The notes under the pieces were generated by a model that saw only the letters and a program-made list of their open reading frames with translations, was not told the origin of the DNA and did no database searches. From a virus (taxonomy: Duplodnaviria; Caudoviricetes), in IMG/VR virus record IMGVR_UViG_3300034151_000005, positions 1 to 42,988 of that record: DNA of 42,988 nt, one strand, 5' to 3'. Position numbers and translations under genes: made by a program. Position 1 is the stretch's first letter; the number at the start of each line of letters is the position of its first letter. Of the stretch, positions 35,112 through 42,988 are shown piece by piece.

Positions 35112-37462
35112 TGCGCGGCTCCTGTCGGCTCTGGCGCCAGTTCGGCCTGCTGCTCGGCCAACGCGGCCTGCTGCTCGGCGCCCTGTGCCTGGGCGTCCTG
35201 CTGATGCCCCGCTTGCTGGGCCGCCAGTGCCCGCTGGTCCTGCGCCGACTGTGCCGCCATCCCCGCCTCATGCCCTTGCGCCATCACTTGCTGGTTATAC
35301 GCCTCGAGCTGCGTCAATTCAAACTGCCGCATCTGCAATTCGCCCTGAATCTGCGCCGCCTCAATCTTGAGCTGCTCGATCTCGATCTTGGTCTGGCTGT
35401 CGAGCGACGCGATCCGCTCCTTGCTCTCCAACTCCAACCGCACCTTGTCCAGCTCCGCCTGCGCCTTGACCGTGTCGCGCTCGATGATCTCCGTCTTGCC
35501 GTCCAACTCCTTGGAGAGCATGTCGATCATCTCCTGCGCCTGCTGCATCTGCTGCTGGACCTGTGGCGGAATCTGCGGCTTGCCGTCCTCGCTTTCCTGC
35601 AATTGCGGTGGGAGTTGCTTCTCTAAGCGGTCGGCAATCTGCCGCGCGCCCGGAAAGTCCATGTTGCCGACCCACAGATCCGCAAACAGCGGCACCATCT
35701 GCGGGGCGGCTTCCGCCAATTGCCCCATCATCGCGGTCGACTCTTCCCGCTGCGTCGTGAAGCTCTTCCCAATCGTCACGGCGACGCCAAACGACCCCTG
35801 CCGCAAGTCAAAGCTCTTCGCCTCGGGCGGGGGTGGCTGTCCCGGCGGTACGGCCTGCGGTTGCCCATCGGGCCCCGGCACGAACGGCTGCCCCACCATA
35901 ATCGATCGCCGCTTGTCGTCGGCCCCAATCGCCGCCACGATGCGCCCTGGCCGGCTGTAGATGGCCGGGATGAGGTCGAGTTGTATCTTTCCGTCCAATA
36001 CCATCGACATCGAAGCCAGATTGTCGAGCCACCCGCTACTGCCCTGCTCGGCCTGCTTCTGGAGCGCGAGAATGGCCTTGCCTGACCGCTCACTCGGGTT
36101 CAGGTTGCCGAGGCTCGCATCGAACCGTCCCGTCGTCGCCTTGATGTCCGAGTCGGCCTCATGCGCGGCGAGGGTAATCGCCTGGATCGCGGGCTCGACC
36201 ACACTTCGCTGCGGAGGGGGGAGCGGGTTGCCTGCCCCATCCCGCACCATCTTGATCGGCAACATCGCGAAATTGCGCTGGTTCGACTGATTCCAGTATT
36301 GCTCGTAACCCTCAATCGTCTCGGCGTAGCCCACCCATGGCGCGCGAGGTGCCAGGCCGACGCCTTCGACCTGTGCCGACCGCATGTAGTTGTACGACCG
36401 CTGCGCGTCCATGGCGGGCCGCACCAACCCCGTCCACCGCCGCTCGCCGTTGATGTTCGCCTCGTCGGCAATCACCGGCACGATCGGGATGTACCGCCCC
36501 GGCCAGTCGTTCTCCTCGAGGATCTCGTAGCAGTTCAGTTTGCACCACTTGACCGACCGCACCTCGAGGTCACGCTGGAACGGCTTACCGGTCGCCTCAT
36601 CGATGACGATGGTGGCGTCCTTGGGCGCGTCCTTCACCTTCAGCGTGCGTTCGCTGCCATCCGGCATGGCGAAGAGCGCAATCGGCTCGTAGTTCATCTC
36701 GACGTAGAAGTACTCGGCCACGCGGATGACGTGCCCGCCGTCGTCGGTGCTCTTGACCCACTCAGGCTGCTCATCGCCGATGCTGGTCAGTTCGCCTGGG
36801 TTGTCCGCCCCTGTCTTCGCCAGTTTGGAGTCCTTGAACTGCCGTTTGTAGCGGTCCCACGGAACATCCTCGACCACGAACGCCCACATGCCATCTGACC
36901 AGTCCGGTTCCGTCGCCGACGGGTCGAGGTACACGCTTGCTTGATTGAGAATCCGCCGGTAAACGATGTCTTGGTCGAAGTCGCCATCGTTGGCGTAGTC
37001 GGTGAGGATGCGGTAGAAGCCACGACCCGCTTTGATGGCCCGGTCATACGCCCACGTCCGCGCAATCGAAGCCCGCGAGTCGGCCTGAATGGCGCGCACG
37101 ATGTCTTCGTACACTTCCGCCATCTCCCGCGTGGCGCCGTCGCCCTTCGGGGAGAAGTTCAGCGACAGTTTGGCGTTGCGCGCTTCGTTCGAGGTCTGCG
37201 TAACCGGCTGGCGGAGCTTATTGATGGTGAGACAGGGACGCGCGGGCACCGGAGGCAACCCGCCGCCAGGCTGATACCCGTCTCGAGCGGTGCGGACATC
37301 GTCCGGCCACTGCTCATCGAAGTCCACGAACTTGAGGTCTTCAAGCTCGCGCTCCCGCTGGTCGGCTTCGGCCTCAGACGCCAACTTGAACCGGGCAAGC
37401 GCCTCGGTCAGCCGGTCGTCCTTGCCCGTGCCCTTCGCTGTCGTCGCGGGTCGTTCAGCCAT
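35108..37462 (-). CDS. Portal protein, P22 gp1-like
   Basis: DLKF...QW...RPCLTINKL...YIPIVP...DAQRSYN...SGKAI; long Gln-rich C-terminal barrel helix; 784 aa. Confidence 0.92.
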   Translation of the reverse strand: MAERPATTAKGTGKDDRLTEALARFKLASEAEADQRERELEDLKFVDFDEQWPDDVRTARDGYQPGGGLPPVPARPCLTINKLRQPVTQTSNEARNAKLSLNFSPKGDGATREMAEVYEDIVRAIQADSRASIARTWAYDRAIKAGRGFYRILTDYANDGDFDQDIVYRRILNQASVYLDPSATEPDWSDGMWAFVVEDVPWDRYKRQFKDSKLAKTGADNPGELTSIGDEQPEWVKSTDDGGHVIRVAEYFYVEMNYEPIALFAMPDGSERTLKVKDAPKDATIVIDEATGKPFQRDLEVRSVKWCKLNCYEILEENDWPGRYIPIVPVIADEANINGERRWTGLVRPAMDAQRSYNYMRSAQVEGVGLAPRAPWVGYAETIEGYEQYWNQSNQRNFAMLPIKMVRDGAGNPLPPPQRSVVEPAIQAITLAAHEADSDIKATTGRFDASLGNLNPSERSGKAILALQKQAEQGSSGWLDNLASMSMVLDGKIQLDLIPAIYSRPGRIVAAIGADDKRRSIMVGQPFVPGPDGQPQAVPPGQPPPPEAKSFDLRQGSFGVAVTIGKSFTTQREESTAMMGQLAEAAPQMVPLFADLWVGNMDFPGARQIADRLEKQLPPQLQESEDGKPQIPPQVQQQMQQAQEMIDMLSKELDGKTEIIERDTVKAQAELDKVRLELESKERIASLDSQTKIEIEQLKIEAAQIQGELQMRQFELTQLEAYNQQVMAQGHEAGMAAQSAQDQRALAAQQAGHQQDAQAQGAEQQAALAEQQAELAPEPTGAAQ

Positions 37463-37470
37463 GAACGCGC

Positions 37471-37764
37471 CTAGTGTCCGTCGGCCACAGCACGGCTGTC
37501 AAGCGACGCCAGCTCGGCGACGATATGCGCCAGCGCATCGTAGGGCTTCAGCATCCCCGCGTTGACATCCCGCACCGCGGCCGCCATCACCGACCGGAGG
37601 GCCCGGTACTCCTGCACTTCGCGGGCGAGCGATTCGATCTCGTCGCCGTTGATGTATGGCCCGAACTCACTGCCATCAGCGTCCCGCACGCGCCAGCCTT
37701 CAATGTCGCCAATGACATCGGTCAAGAGCGCCACCTGTGCGTCGGTCAGTGTCACGCCATCCAT
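37471..37764 (-). CDS. Hypothetical protein between TerL and portal
   Basis: 97-aa ORF overlapping the TerL-C end. Confidence 0.55.
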   Translation of the reverse strand: MDGVTLTDAQVALLTDVIGDIEGWRVRDADGSEFGPYINGDEIESLAREVQEYRALRSVMAAAVRDVNAGMLKPYDALAHIVAELASLDSRAVADGH

Positions 37765-38483
37765 CCACTGCCCCCATGAAACGCCTGCGTGGGATTGTAC
37801 GGCTTCGGCACCGGCTTGGTGCGTGCCCGATCCAGCCCGCTCACGACCAAGTAGCGCGTCGCGTCCTGCAAGTGGTCGTGCTCCTTCACAATCCGCCCGC
37901 GCTCGTCGCGCCGATACAACCGGTACTCGTCAAACCACGGCCCGCATGACGCGAACACCTTCAGTTTCCCCGCCGACAGCCGCTCCCACACCCGCTGGAT
38001 CCCAGCCTCGACGGCCTTGTCTGGCAGTTCCACGTCAATCCCGAGGTCACCGTAGATCTGCATGAACGAGCGCCCATCGTAGGCGTTAATCGCCGCCGCA
38101 TCGCCCACCCCGCGGATCCACTCCCCGCGCGCCTTCACGGCCTCGGCATGGACCGGCGGCTCGACCTGGCCCCGCTTGTACACGCTGTAGATGTAGAGCA
38201 CGTCGACGTCCCGATCCCAGGCGCCCCACACGGCAGCCGTCCACTCCCAGCCGGTATCCATGCCAAATGCGCGCGGCCAGTGCGTCGGGATCTCGAAGTC
38301 CGACACCTTCACATCGTCTTCGCTGACTTGATAGATGGCGCCAGAGCCGAGTTGCGGGATGCCCTTGGACCGTGCGTCTCGCTGATACGGCGGGATGCTC
38401 GCCCACAGCGAGTCCCGCATGTCCATCGTGAGATGCGGCGCGTCATCCCAGGTCGCCGTGACTACGTATCGAGACACGGCCAT
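37752..38483 (-). CDS. terL: Terminase large subunit, C-terminal (nuclease) fragment
   Basis: WDDAPHL...RDARSKGIPQLGSGAIY...FGMDTGW...DHLQDATRY; AGGA RBS. Confidence 0.88.
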   Translation of the reverse strand: MAVSRYVVTATWDDAPHLTMDMRDSLWASIPPYQRDARSKGIPQLGSGAIYQVSEDDVKVSDFEIPTHWPRAFGMDTGWEWTAAVWGAWDRDVDVLYIYSVYKRGQVEPPVHAEAVKARGEWIRGVGDAAAINAYDGRSFMQIYGDLGIDVELPDKAVEAGIQRVWERLSAGKLKVFASCGPWFDEYRLYRRDERGRIVKEHDHLQDATRYLVVSGLDRARTKPVPKPYNPTQAFHGGSGWMA

Positions 38484-38674
38484 TCCTGGGGCGGTGGTCG
38501 AGTCGTACCGCGTGGCACCTTCAGCTTAAGCGCCTTCCCGCAATACGGGCAGAACCGATAACCGTGCTCGGCCGGCGTGCCCACATCCCACGCGATGTTG
38601 CGCTGATCGCATCCGGTGAAATACGTGTCGCCTTCTAAGTAGTCGGAGTCATAGGTCCACTCGCATTCAGTCAT
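38462..38674 (-). CDS. Small zinc-ribbon protein between the TerL halves (70 aa)
   Basis: MTECEW...GC...FCPYCGK. Confidence 0.65.
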   Translation of the reverse strand: MTECEWTYDSDYLEGDTYFTGCDQRNIAWDVGTPAEHGYRFCPYCGKALKLKVPRGTTRPPPQEWPCLDT

Positions 38675-38715
38675 GCGGCTTCTCCATGGATGCGCCCACC
38701 GGGCAGGAACGACAC
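38671..38715 (-). repeat. Orphan duplicate of the last 15 codons of TerL-N (copy of 38826-38870)
   Basis: Encodes the same SFLPGGRIHGEAA*; the three internal differences are all synonymous. Confidence 0.9.
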
Positions 38716-38718
38716 GGC

Positions 38719-38829
38719 TTATCTCGCCTGCATCCAGTAGGCCGCCAGCAGCAAGCCACCCACCACGACGATGAGCGTCCAGATCGTGCTGATATGGCGC
38801 TCGCGCTCGCGCTGTTCCCACGGGGTCAT
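38719..38829 (-). CDS. 36-aa single-TM protein between the TerL halves
   Basis: MTPWEQRERERHISTIWTLIVVVGGLLLAAYWMQAR; ATGA-coupled to the TerL-N stop. Confidence 0.65.
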   Translation of the reverse strand: MTPWEQRERERHISTIWTLIVVVGGLLLAAYWMQAR

Positions 38830-39509
38830 GCGGCTTCCCCATGAATGCGCCCACCAGGCAGGAACGACAGCACGAGCGGCGTCAGTCCCATTAAGGGTGT
38901 GAACGTCATCGCGATCATCCCACCGCCGACCATCGTCCGTAGCAGACACTCGGTGTAGATGTCCTCAGGCGGCTCTTCGTCGAGGTGGATCATGTCCTGC
39001 TCGGTGCCCTGGAACGCCTCTCGCCTCTGGTCGTACGACTTGAGCTGTAACACCGACAGCCCGCCCGTGATGTGGCGCACGTACACGCTCTCGATGGCGT
39101 CAGGCAGCCCCGCCTTCGCGGTCTTGCGCTCAATGAGGTGCTCGGGGATGAAGCCGGTCCCCTCTTCGCCTGGCCGCCCGAGGTACGCCTTCTGCAAGAT
39201 GTCGCGCGTGGTCTTGCCGGTATCGCCTGCGGCCCACATGGACACCGGCTTGTCGAAGCGCCGGCCATCCCACCACGGCGCGAAGTAGTCGTACATGCCG
39301 GTCAGGTGAAGCGCGCACTCGTACGCCGCGCACTGCGTCTTGCCCACGCGGTTGGCCGCAATCATCAGGCGCTCGCGATGGTCCTTGCCGGCGCGCATGA
39401 ACGCGCGGTGCTTGTCGTAGCCGTCCCACGAGTACGTCAGGAGTGGGTACGCAAGGCGACGCTCCACCTGCTCGAGCAGCGCGATGTCGTCGTCTCGCGT
39501 CTCGAGCAT
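38826..39509 (-). CDS. terL: Terminase large subunit, N-terminal (ATPase) fragment
   Basis: Walker A AANRVGKT, Walker B IHLDEEPP, coupling motif TFTP; ends GEAA*. Confidence 0.9.
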   Translation of the reverse strand: MLETRDDDIALLEQVERRLAYPLLTYSWDGYDKHRAFMRAGKDHRERLMIAANRVGKTQCAAYECALHLTGMYDYFAPWWDGRRFDKPVSMWAAGDTGKTTRDILQKAYLGRPGEEGTGFIPEHLIERKTAKAGLPDAIESVYVRHITGGLSVLQLKSYDQRREAFQGTEQDMIHLDEEPPEDIYTECLLRTMVGGGMIAMTFTPLMGLTPLVLSFLPGGRIHGEAA

Positions 39510-39838
39510 TAGACGTCCTCGAGTATCCGCTTCGCATGCGTCGACGCCAGCCGCTCAGTCAACGATCGGGCCCGATCGAGCAGTTCGTCGGTCGGCATCT
39601 TGCGGTAGTCGCTCACGTTCATGTCGATGGTTTCCTTCGGCTTCCCGTAGGCGAACTGGTACAGCTGCACCTCGACGGCCTGCGCGGTGCCCCGCTTGAG
39701 ACGCACCTTCAGCGCCTGGAGGTACTCGGGGTCAGTGAGCATCCGCCGGGCAAGCTCCTTGATCTCGACGGTCACCTTATTGGGTACGCCAGGCGTCCGG
39801 CCTGGACTACCCCCACGCTTTAGGTGCTCGCGCGACAT
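39509..39838 (-). CDS. terS: Terminase small subunit
   Basis: GRTPGVPNKVT..IKE...AYGKP motif; TAATG-coupled to TerL-N. Confidence 0.75.
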   Translation of the reverse strand: MSREHLKRGGSPGRTPGVPNKVTVEIKELARRMLTDPEYLQALKVRLKRGTAQAVEVQLYQFAYGKPKETIDMNVSDYRKMPTDELLDRARSLTERLASTHAKRILEDV

Positions 39839-40134
39839 TCTGGACTCCGCGTGGTCAATTTTTCCACAGGCGTATTCCGTCCGAGGTACACGTCGAACAG
39901 GGGTGCGCGCATGCTGCACAGTTGACAGTCGCACCCCTGCGGAATGGACGTGTAGTTGGGGTCGGCGCGTCGTGCGTCATCGTGAAGCCGCTGGTCGTGC
40001 GCCCCCATGACGGCGAAGCGGAGGTAGTGCACCGTCTTGCGGAGTGCGGCCGTCTCAGCTTGGAGGCGTGCGACGAGGGCTACGATAGCGGCATCGCTCT
40101 TGGGCATCGCTTTCGCCTTCTCTTCAAGAATCAT
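39820..40134 (-). CDS. Hypothetical protein with H..H...CDCQLC
   Basis: ATGA-coupled start. Confidence 0.55.
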   Translation of the reverse strand: MILEEKAKAMPKSDAAIVALVARLQAETAALRKTVHYLRFAVMGAHDQRLHDDARRADPNYTSIPQGCDCQLCSMRAPLFDVYLGRNTPVEKLTTRSPECRAST

Positions 40135-40367
40135 GGCCGGAACGACGGACAGCCGCAACGGTTCAGAGGCGTGCCGAGTGCGAATCCTTCCCTATCGCAG
40201 TCATAGCCCAGGCACCGGAACGGTGCCACATCCGGTGAGCACGGCTGTGGATGCGTCGTCGCGCACGCCTTGTCATCGTGTCGATGCCAATGGTCGGGGT
40301 GCCCACACCGGATGCATGTGGCTGTCAATGCCCCGAGCGCGGACAGGTCTTTCGCTTTGTTCTTCAT
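40131..40367 (-). CDS. Cys/His-rich small protein
   Basis: CIRCGH...H...C...CGC..F. Confidence 0.6.
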   Translation of the reverse strand: MKNKAKDLSALGALTATCIRCGHPDHWHRHDDKACATTHPQPCSPDVAPFRCLGYDCDREGFALGTPLNRCGCPSFRP

Positions 40368-40368
40368 C

Positions 40369-40584
40369 TCAGTGCGCCGGCCGCTTGGAGGGGGGTCGCT
40401 GGACCCCCTTCTCGGGGACGAGGGTGACGTAGAAGCCTTCCATCAGTTCGTCTTGGCGCTCGAGGATGCGCGCGGCATCCTGTCGGGACAGCAGGATTTT
40501 GCACCACGCTTCGCCGTCGCGGTCAGCCCCGATGCAGGACTGCCCGCCGGCCAGTTGCGCGAGGAAGCAGAGCGGGTCACTCAT
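40369..40584 (-). CDS. Hypothetical protein (71 aa)
   Basis: ATGA-coupled start (MSDPLCF...). Confidence 0.55.
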   Translation of the reverse strand: MSDPLCFLAQLAGGQSCIGADRDGEAWCKILLSRQDAARILERQDELMEGFYVTLVPEKGVQRPPSKRPAH

Positions 40585-40673
40585 GAACGCCTCGCGCAGC
40601 CACACACGCCACCAAGCGCCATCAGCGCGGCACCCACGACCATACACACCACGGCGATGTCGATATCAGCCAT
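40581..40673 (-). CDS. 30-aa hydrophobic peptide, not in ORF track
   Basis: MADIDIAVVCMVVGAALMALGGVCGCARRS; abuts the upstream stop and overlaps the downstream start. Confidence 0.55.
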   Translation of the reverse strand: MADIDIAVVCMVVGAALMALGGVCGCARRS

Positions 40674-40853
40674 TTATCGCGGCAGCACGTTCGGCAGGTT
40701 CACGAAACGCGTCAGCAGGAACAGGAGAATCACGAGCAGCGCGAGCACCTGAATGGCTTTCGCCCAGCCGGGCGGCATCGGGACTTGCGTGGTGATGACG
40801 TACACCAGAAATCCGACGAGCGCGAGCACGCAGACGAGCAGGATCAGATCCAT
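40674..40853 (-). CDS. 59-aa two-TM membrane protein, Thivi_2564-like; not in ORF track
   Basis: MDLILLVCVLALVGFLVYVITTQVPMPPGWAKAIQVLALLVILLFLL...; GGAGG RBS. Confidence 0.7.
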   Translation of the reverse strand: MDLILLVCVLALVGFLVYVITTQVPMPPGWAKAIQVLALLVILLFLLTRFVNLPNVLPR

Positions 40854-40865
40854 AGGGCCTCCAGT

Positions 40866-41000
40866 TTAGCGCCAGTCGTCATCAAAGGGGGAGTCGCGCC
40901 AGAGCGCCTTGGACAGCTCCCACGCGGCCACACCCCCGACCACGAGCGCCGATAGGGCCGCGAGCGCGCACGCGACGAGCAGCCAAGCATCACCGCTCAT
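40866..41000 (-). CDS. 44-aa single-TM protein, not in ORF track
   Basis: MSGDAWLLVACALAALSALVVGGVAAWELSKALWRDSPFDDDWR; ATGA-coupled. Confidence 0.6.
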   Translation of the reverse strand: MSGDAWLLVACALAALSALVVGGVAAWELSKALWRDSPFDDDWR

Positions 41001-41236
41001 GCGGTCGCCTTCGTCCCGCGCTTCTCCGGTGTGCCGGCGAGAGCGGCTCTCGCGTGCTGTACCGCTGCCATGTGATCGGCGCCGTCGATATGGAGCGGAG
41101 ACGCAATCCCGTCCAGCGCCTCCCGCAGCCGCGCGTTGTCGGCCTCGGCCTGTTCAGCGCGGGCGCGCATGGCGGTGAGTTGCTGCCCGAGGTCGACCAA
41201 CACGCGCCCTTCCAGTGTCGGTGGGACGTAGCTCAT
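40997..41236 (-). CDS. Small coiled-coil hypothetical protein (79 aa)
   Basis: GGAGG RBS; ATGA-coupled. Confidence 0.6.
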   Translation of the reverse strand: MSYVPPTLEGRVLVDLGQQLTAMRARAEQAEADNARLREALDGIASPLHIDGADHMAAVQHARAALAGTPEKRGTKATA

Positions 41237-41655
41237 GCGGGCCTCCGGTAGTGTGCTCGCTCTTTGATGTAGCCGTGCTGCGCGAGGTAGGCCAGTACCA
41301 CATCGAGGTCGCCCACCAGATGCGGGATACCGGCCCCGCCACAAAGGCGCTCGAATTCCGCCTGTTGCGGGCGTAATCGGCCCCCTGCGGCCTTGCACTC
41401 GATCCACAGGCCGTGCGCGCACGTTTGAGCTTTACTGCCATACGTTGCGAAACCACCACCCTCGGGCGTGCGATGCCACGGTGAGTCCGGCAGCAGCACG
41501 TACAGGTCCGGGATGCCGGGCGTCTGCCCGGTGCCCATGCGCGCGGACTCGTGGCGCGGCGGACGGCCAAGCACGTACACCGCGGCGCCGACGGTACGGA
41601 GCGCCTGGACGATCTGCGACTGGATGACCTTCTCGGAGATGCGGGGCGTCTTCAT
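41233..41655 (-). CDS. VRR-NUC (PD-(D/E)xK) nuclease, probable Holliday junction resolvase
   Basis: SEKVIQ..I...PGIPDL...WIECK...GRL...Q..F. Confidence 0.85.
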   Translation of the reverse strand: MKTPRISEKVIQSQIVQALRTVGAAVYVLGRPPRHESARMGTGQTPGIPDLYVLLPDSPWHRTPEGGGFATYGSKAQTCAHGLWIECKAAGGRLRPQQAEFERLCGGAGIPHLVGDLDVVLAYLAQHGYIKERAHYRRPA

Positions 41656-42212
41656 CGCAGACCTGCCAGGACAATCAACGGCAGCGCCAACGCCGACGCA
41701 TGACGCGCCGCCGCCGCATCCCAGGCCGCGAGTTGCTCCGCGATTGCGGTCCTCGTCATGGCGTCCGCATGCCAGCCCTGACAGCGTCGGTCCAGGTCCC
41801 ATCGATGATGCTCCAGCCCACACCCGACCATGCTGGACCCCTCAACCTCGAACTGACGCCCATCGATACTGAGCCGCAACGAGTGATGGCGATCCCCCAG
41901 CAGCAGCCCATCGCACACCACGATCGGCGGCGACAACTCACCGACGAACGGCACCCCGCGCCAGGTGTTGAACTCGGCCCGCACGAGCACACCCGTGTCA
42001 CGCTGCCGGCCGATGACCCACCCGCGATGAGGGGTGACGCCAGACACCCCCGCGTCGAGCGCCACCCGCCCAAAGGGCTCGACCTCCTCGAGCTGCACCG
42101 CGTCGAGCTGCCGCGCCACCGAGAGCGTGATCTGCCGCGAGCCCACCATCAGCACCCGCACCTCTGCGGTCAGCGTTTCCACCGTGGCCGACGCCACGCC
42201 TGCCACCGTCAT
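41652..42212 (-). CDS. Hypothetical phage protein (186 aa)
   Basis: ATGA-coupled at both ends. Confidence 0.65.
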   Translation of the reverse strand: MTVAGVASATVETLTAEVRVLMVGSRQITLSVARQLDAVQLEEVEPFGRVALDAGVSGVTPHRGWVIGRQRDTGVLVRAEFNTWRGVPFVGELSPPIVVCDGLLLGDRHHSLRLSIDGRQFEVEGSSMVGCGLEHHRWDLDRRCQGWHADAMTRTAIAEQLAAWDAAAARHASALALPLIVLAGLR

Positions 42213-42793
42213 GCGGCCCTCCGCTGGCTCGTGACGAACGCGCCCCACTGGGCGGCCATCGCCTGCGCGATGCCCTCGTAGGTGCGAGAGCGGTCCTTGC
42301 TCCGTGTCAGGCTCGGCGCCATGCGGTGAATGCGCGCGTCCCGACCCGAGACGATGTGGGTGGGCTGCAACAACGGCAGGGCCTTGAGCCACAGACACGT
42401 CGCCTTGGTTTCACCATGCCCGAACTGCCACGGCTGAATCACCTGGTCCGGTTTGCGGATGCGGCTGCTGATGATGCTGACGGGGTTCTCGAGCGCGATG
42501 TGTGGGACAGGCGCATCGAGCAGGAACCGGACGAAAGCCAGGGCCGAGGCCTGCTCGACGCGCTTGGCCGTGAACCACCGGGCGCCACTGACGGCCAGGT
42601 GCGTGCACGGAGGATGCGCAATGAGTAAATCCCAGCCGCAGTCCATCGCCTCGCGCACGTCGCCGATGATGTGCTGCGGGCTGTCCTCGTCGGCCTCGAG
42701 GATGTCGCAACTCCATGCGTCCCAGCCGCGAGCCGCGAACGCACGCCGGACGGTGCCACTGAACTCGCAGGCAATGAGCACCCGAGGCGTCAT
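42209..42793 (-). CDS. Short phage-type DNA cytosine methyltransferase-like protein
   Basis: VLIACEFSG, SCD, GDV, AHPPCT (catalytic PC), ENP, RSRTY.GIA.AMA.QW. Confidence 0.75.
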   Translation of the reverse strand: MTPRVLIACEFSGTVRRAFAARGWDAWSCDILEADEDSPQHIIGDVREAMDCGWDLLIAHPPCTHLAVSGARWFTAKRVEQASALAFVRFLLDAPVPHIALENPVSIISSRIRKPDQVIQPWQFGHGETKATCLWLKALPLLQPTHIVSGRDARIHRMAPSLTRSKDRSRTYEGIAQAMAAQWGAFVTSQRRAA

Positions 42794-42861
42794 GACGCCC
42801 TCCGAAGGGGGTGCTGTTGTTGTTGTTGTCCGGACAGCCCTGGACCTCCCCCCCCCCTAAA

Positions 42862-42988
42862 GGGGGGGAGGGGGGAGTTGTCCGCTGGGTGGCCCCTGTT
42901 TGTCCGCTTGTCCGCGGACAGCTTGTCCGCCCCCTGTTTTATTGGGAAAACGCCACGTTTTCGCCCTAAAAGCGAAGGTGCAGGCGGA
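42862..42988. repeat. Terminal direct repeat, copy 2
   Basis: Identical to 1-127. Confidence 0.95.

Noticed and set aside
14748-39509. Stop-codon reassignment or readthrough explaining the split genes
   Set aside because: The fragments are separated by whole genes or lie in different frames, and TAA, TAG and TGA all end well-supported genes.

Overview
The window looks like a complete circular genome of a high-GC, P22-like podovirus. Bases 1-127 repeat exactly at 42862-42988, giving a unit length of about 42,861 bp. Nearly all genes are on the minus strand, many coupled by ATGA/GTGA/TGATG overlaps. In transcription order: Cro-like HTH gene, small early genes, ERF recombinase, 3'-5' exonuclease, AAA helicase-like replication protein, iteron-rich origin, cytosine methyltransferase-like gene, VRR-NUC nuclease, small membrane proteins, TerS, split TerL, portal, scaffold, P22-type coat, decoration protein, glycosyltransferase plus methyltransferase, spike base, gp4-like adaptor, an expanded tail/fibre region, ejection proteins, a fibre, a candidate lysin, a PEP-CTERM protein, an ADP-ribosyltransferase-like protein and a holin. 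I recognised no integrase, CI repressor, DNA polymerase, canonical endolysin, tRNA or CRISPR array. Most notable: (1) the gp10-like tail-hub gene is split around an ~8 kb fibre cluster, with its C-terminal module present twice, fused to different cargo; (2) the gp7-like ejection protein is split across three ORFs joined by a repeated C-terminal/N-terminal motif pair; (3) an ~80-nt antisense RNA with its own promoter and terminator covers the RBS of a leader peptide translationally coupled to the replication gene; (4) TerL is split, with a synonymous-variant duplicate of its 3' end; (5) a phage-borne PEP-CTERM protein points to an exosortase-bearing Gram-negative host, possibly Vicinamibacteria (inference). 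All family assignments come from motif recognition by eye; no database search was run.
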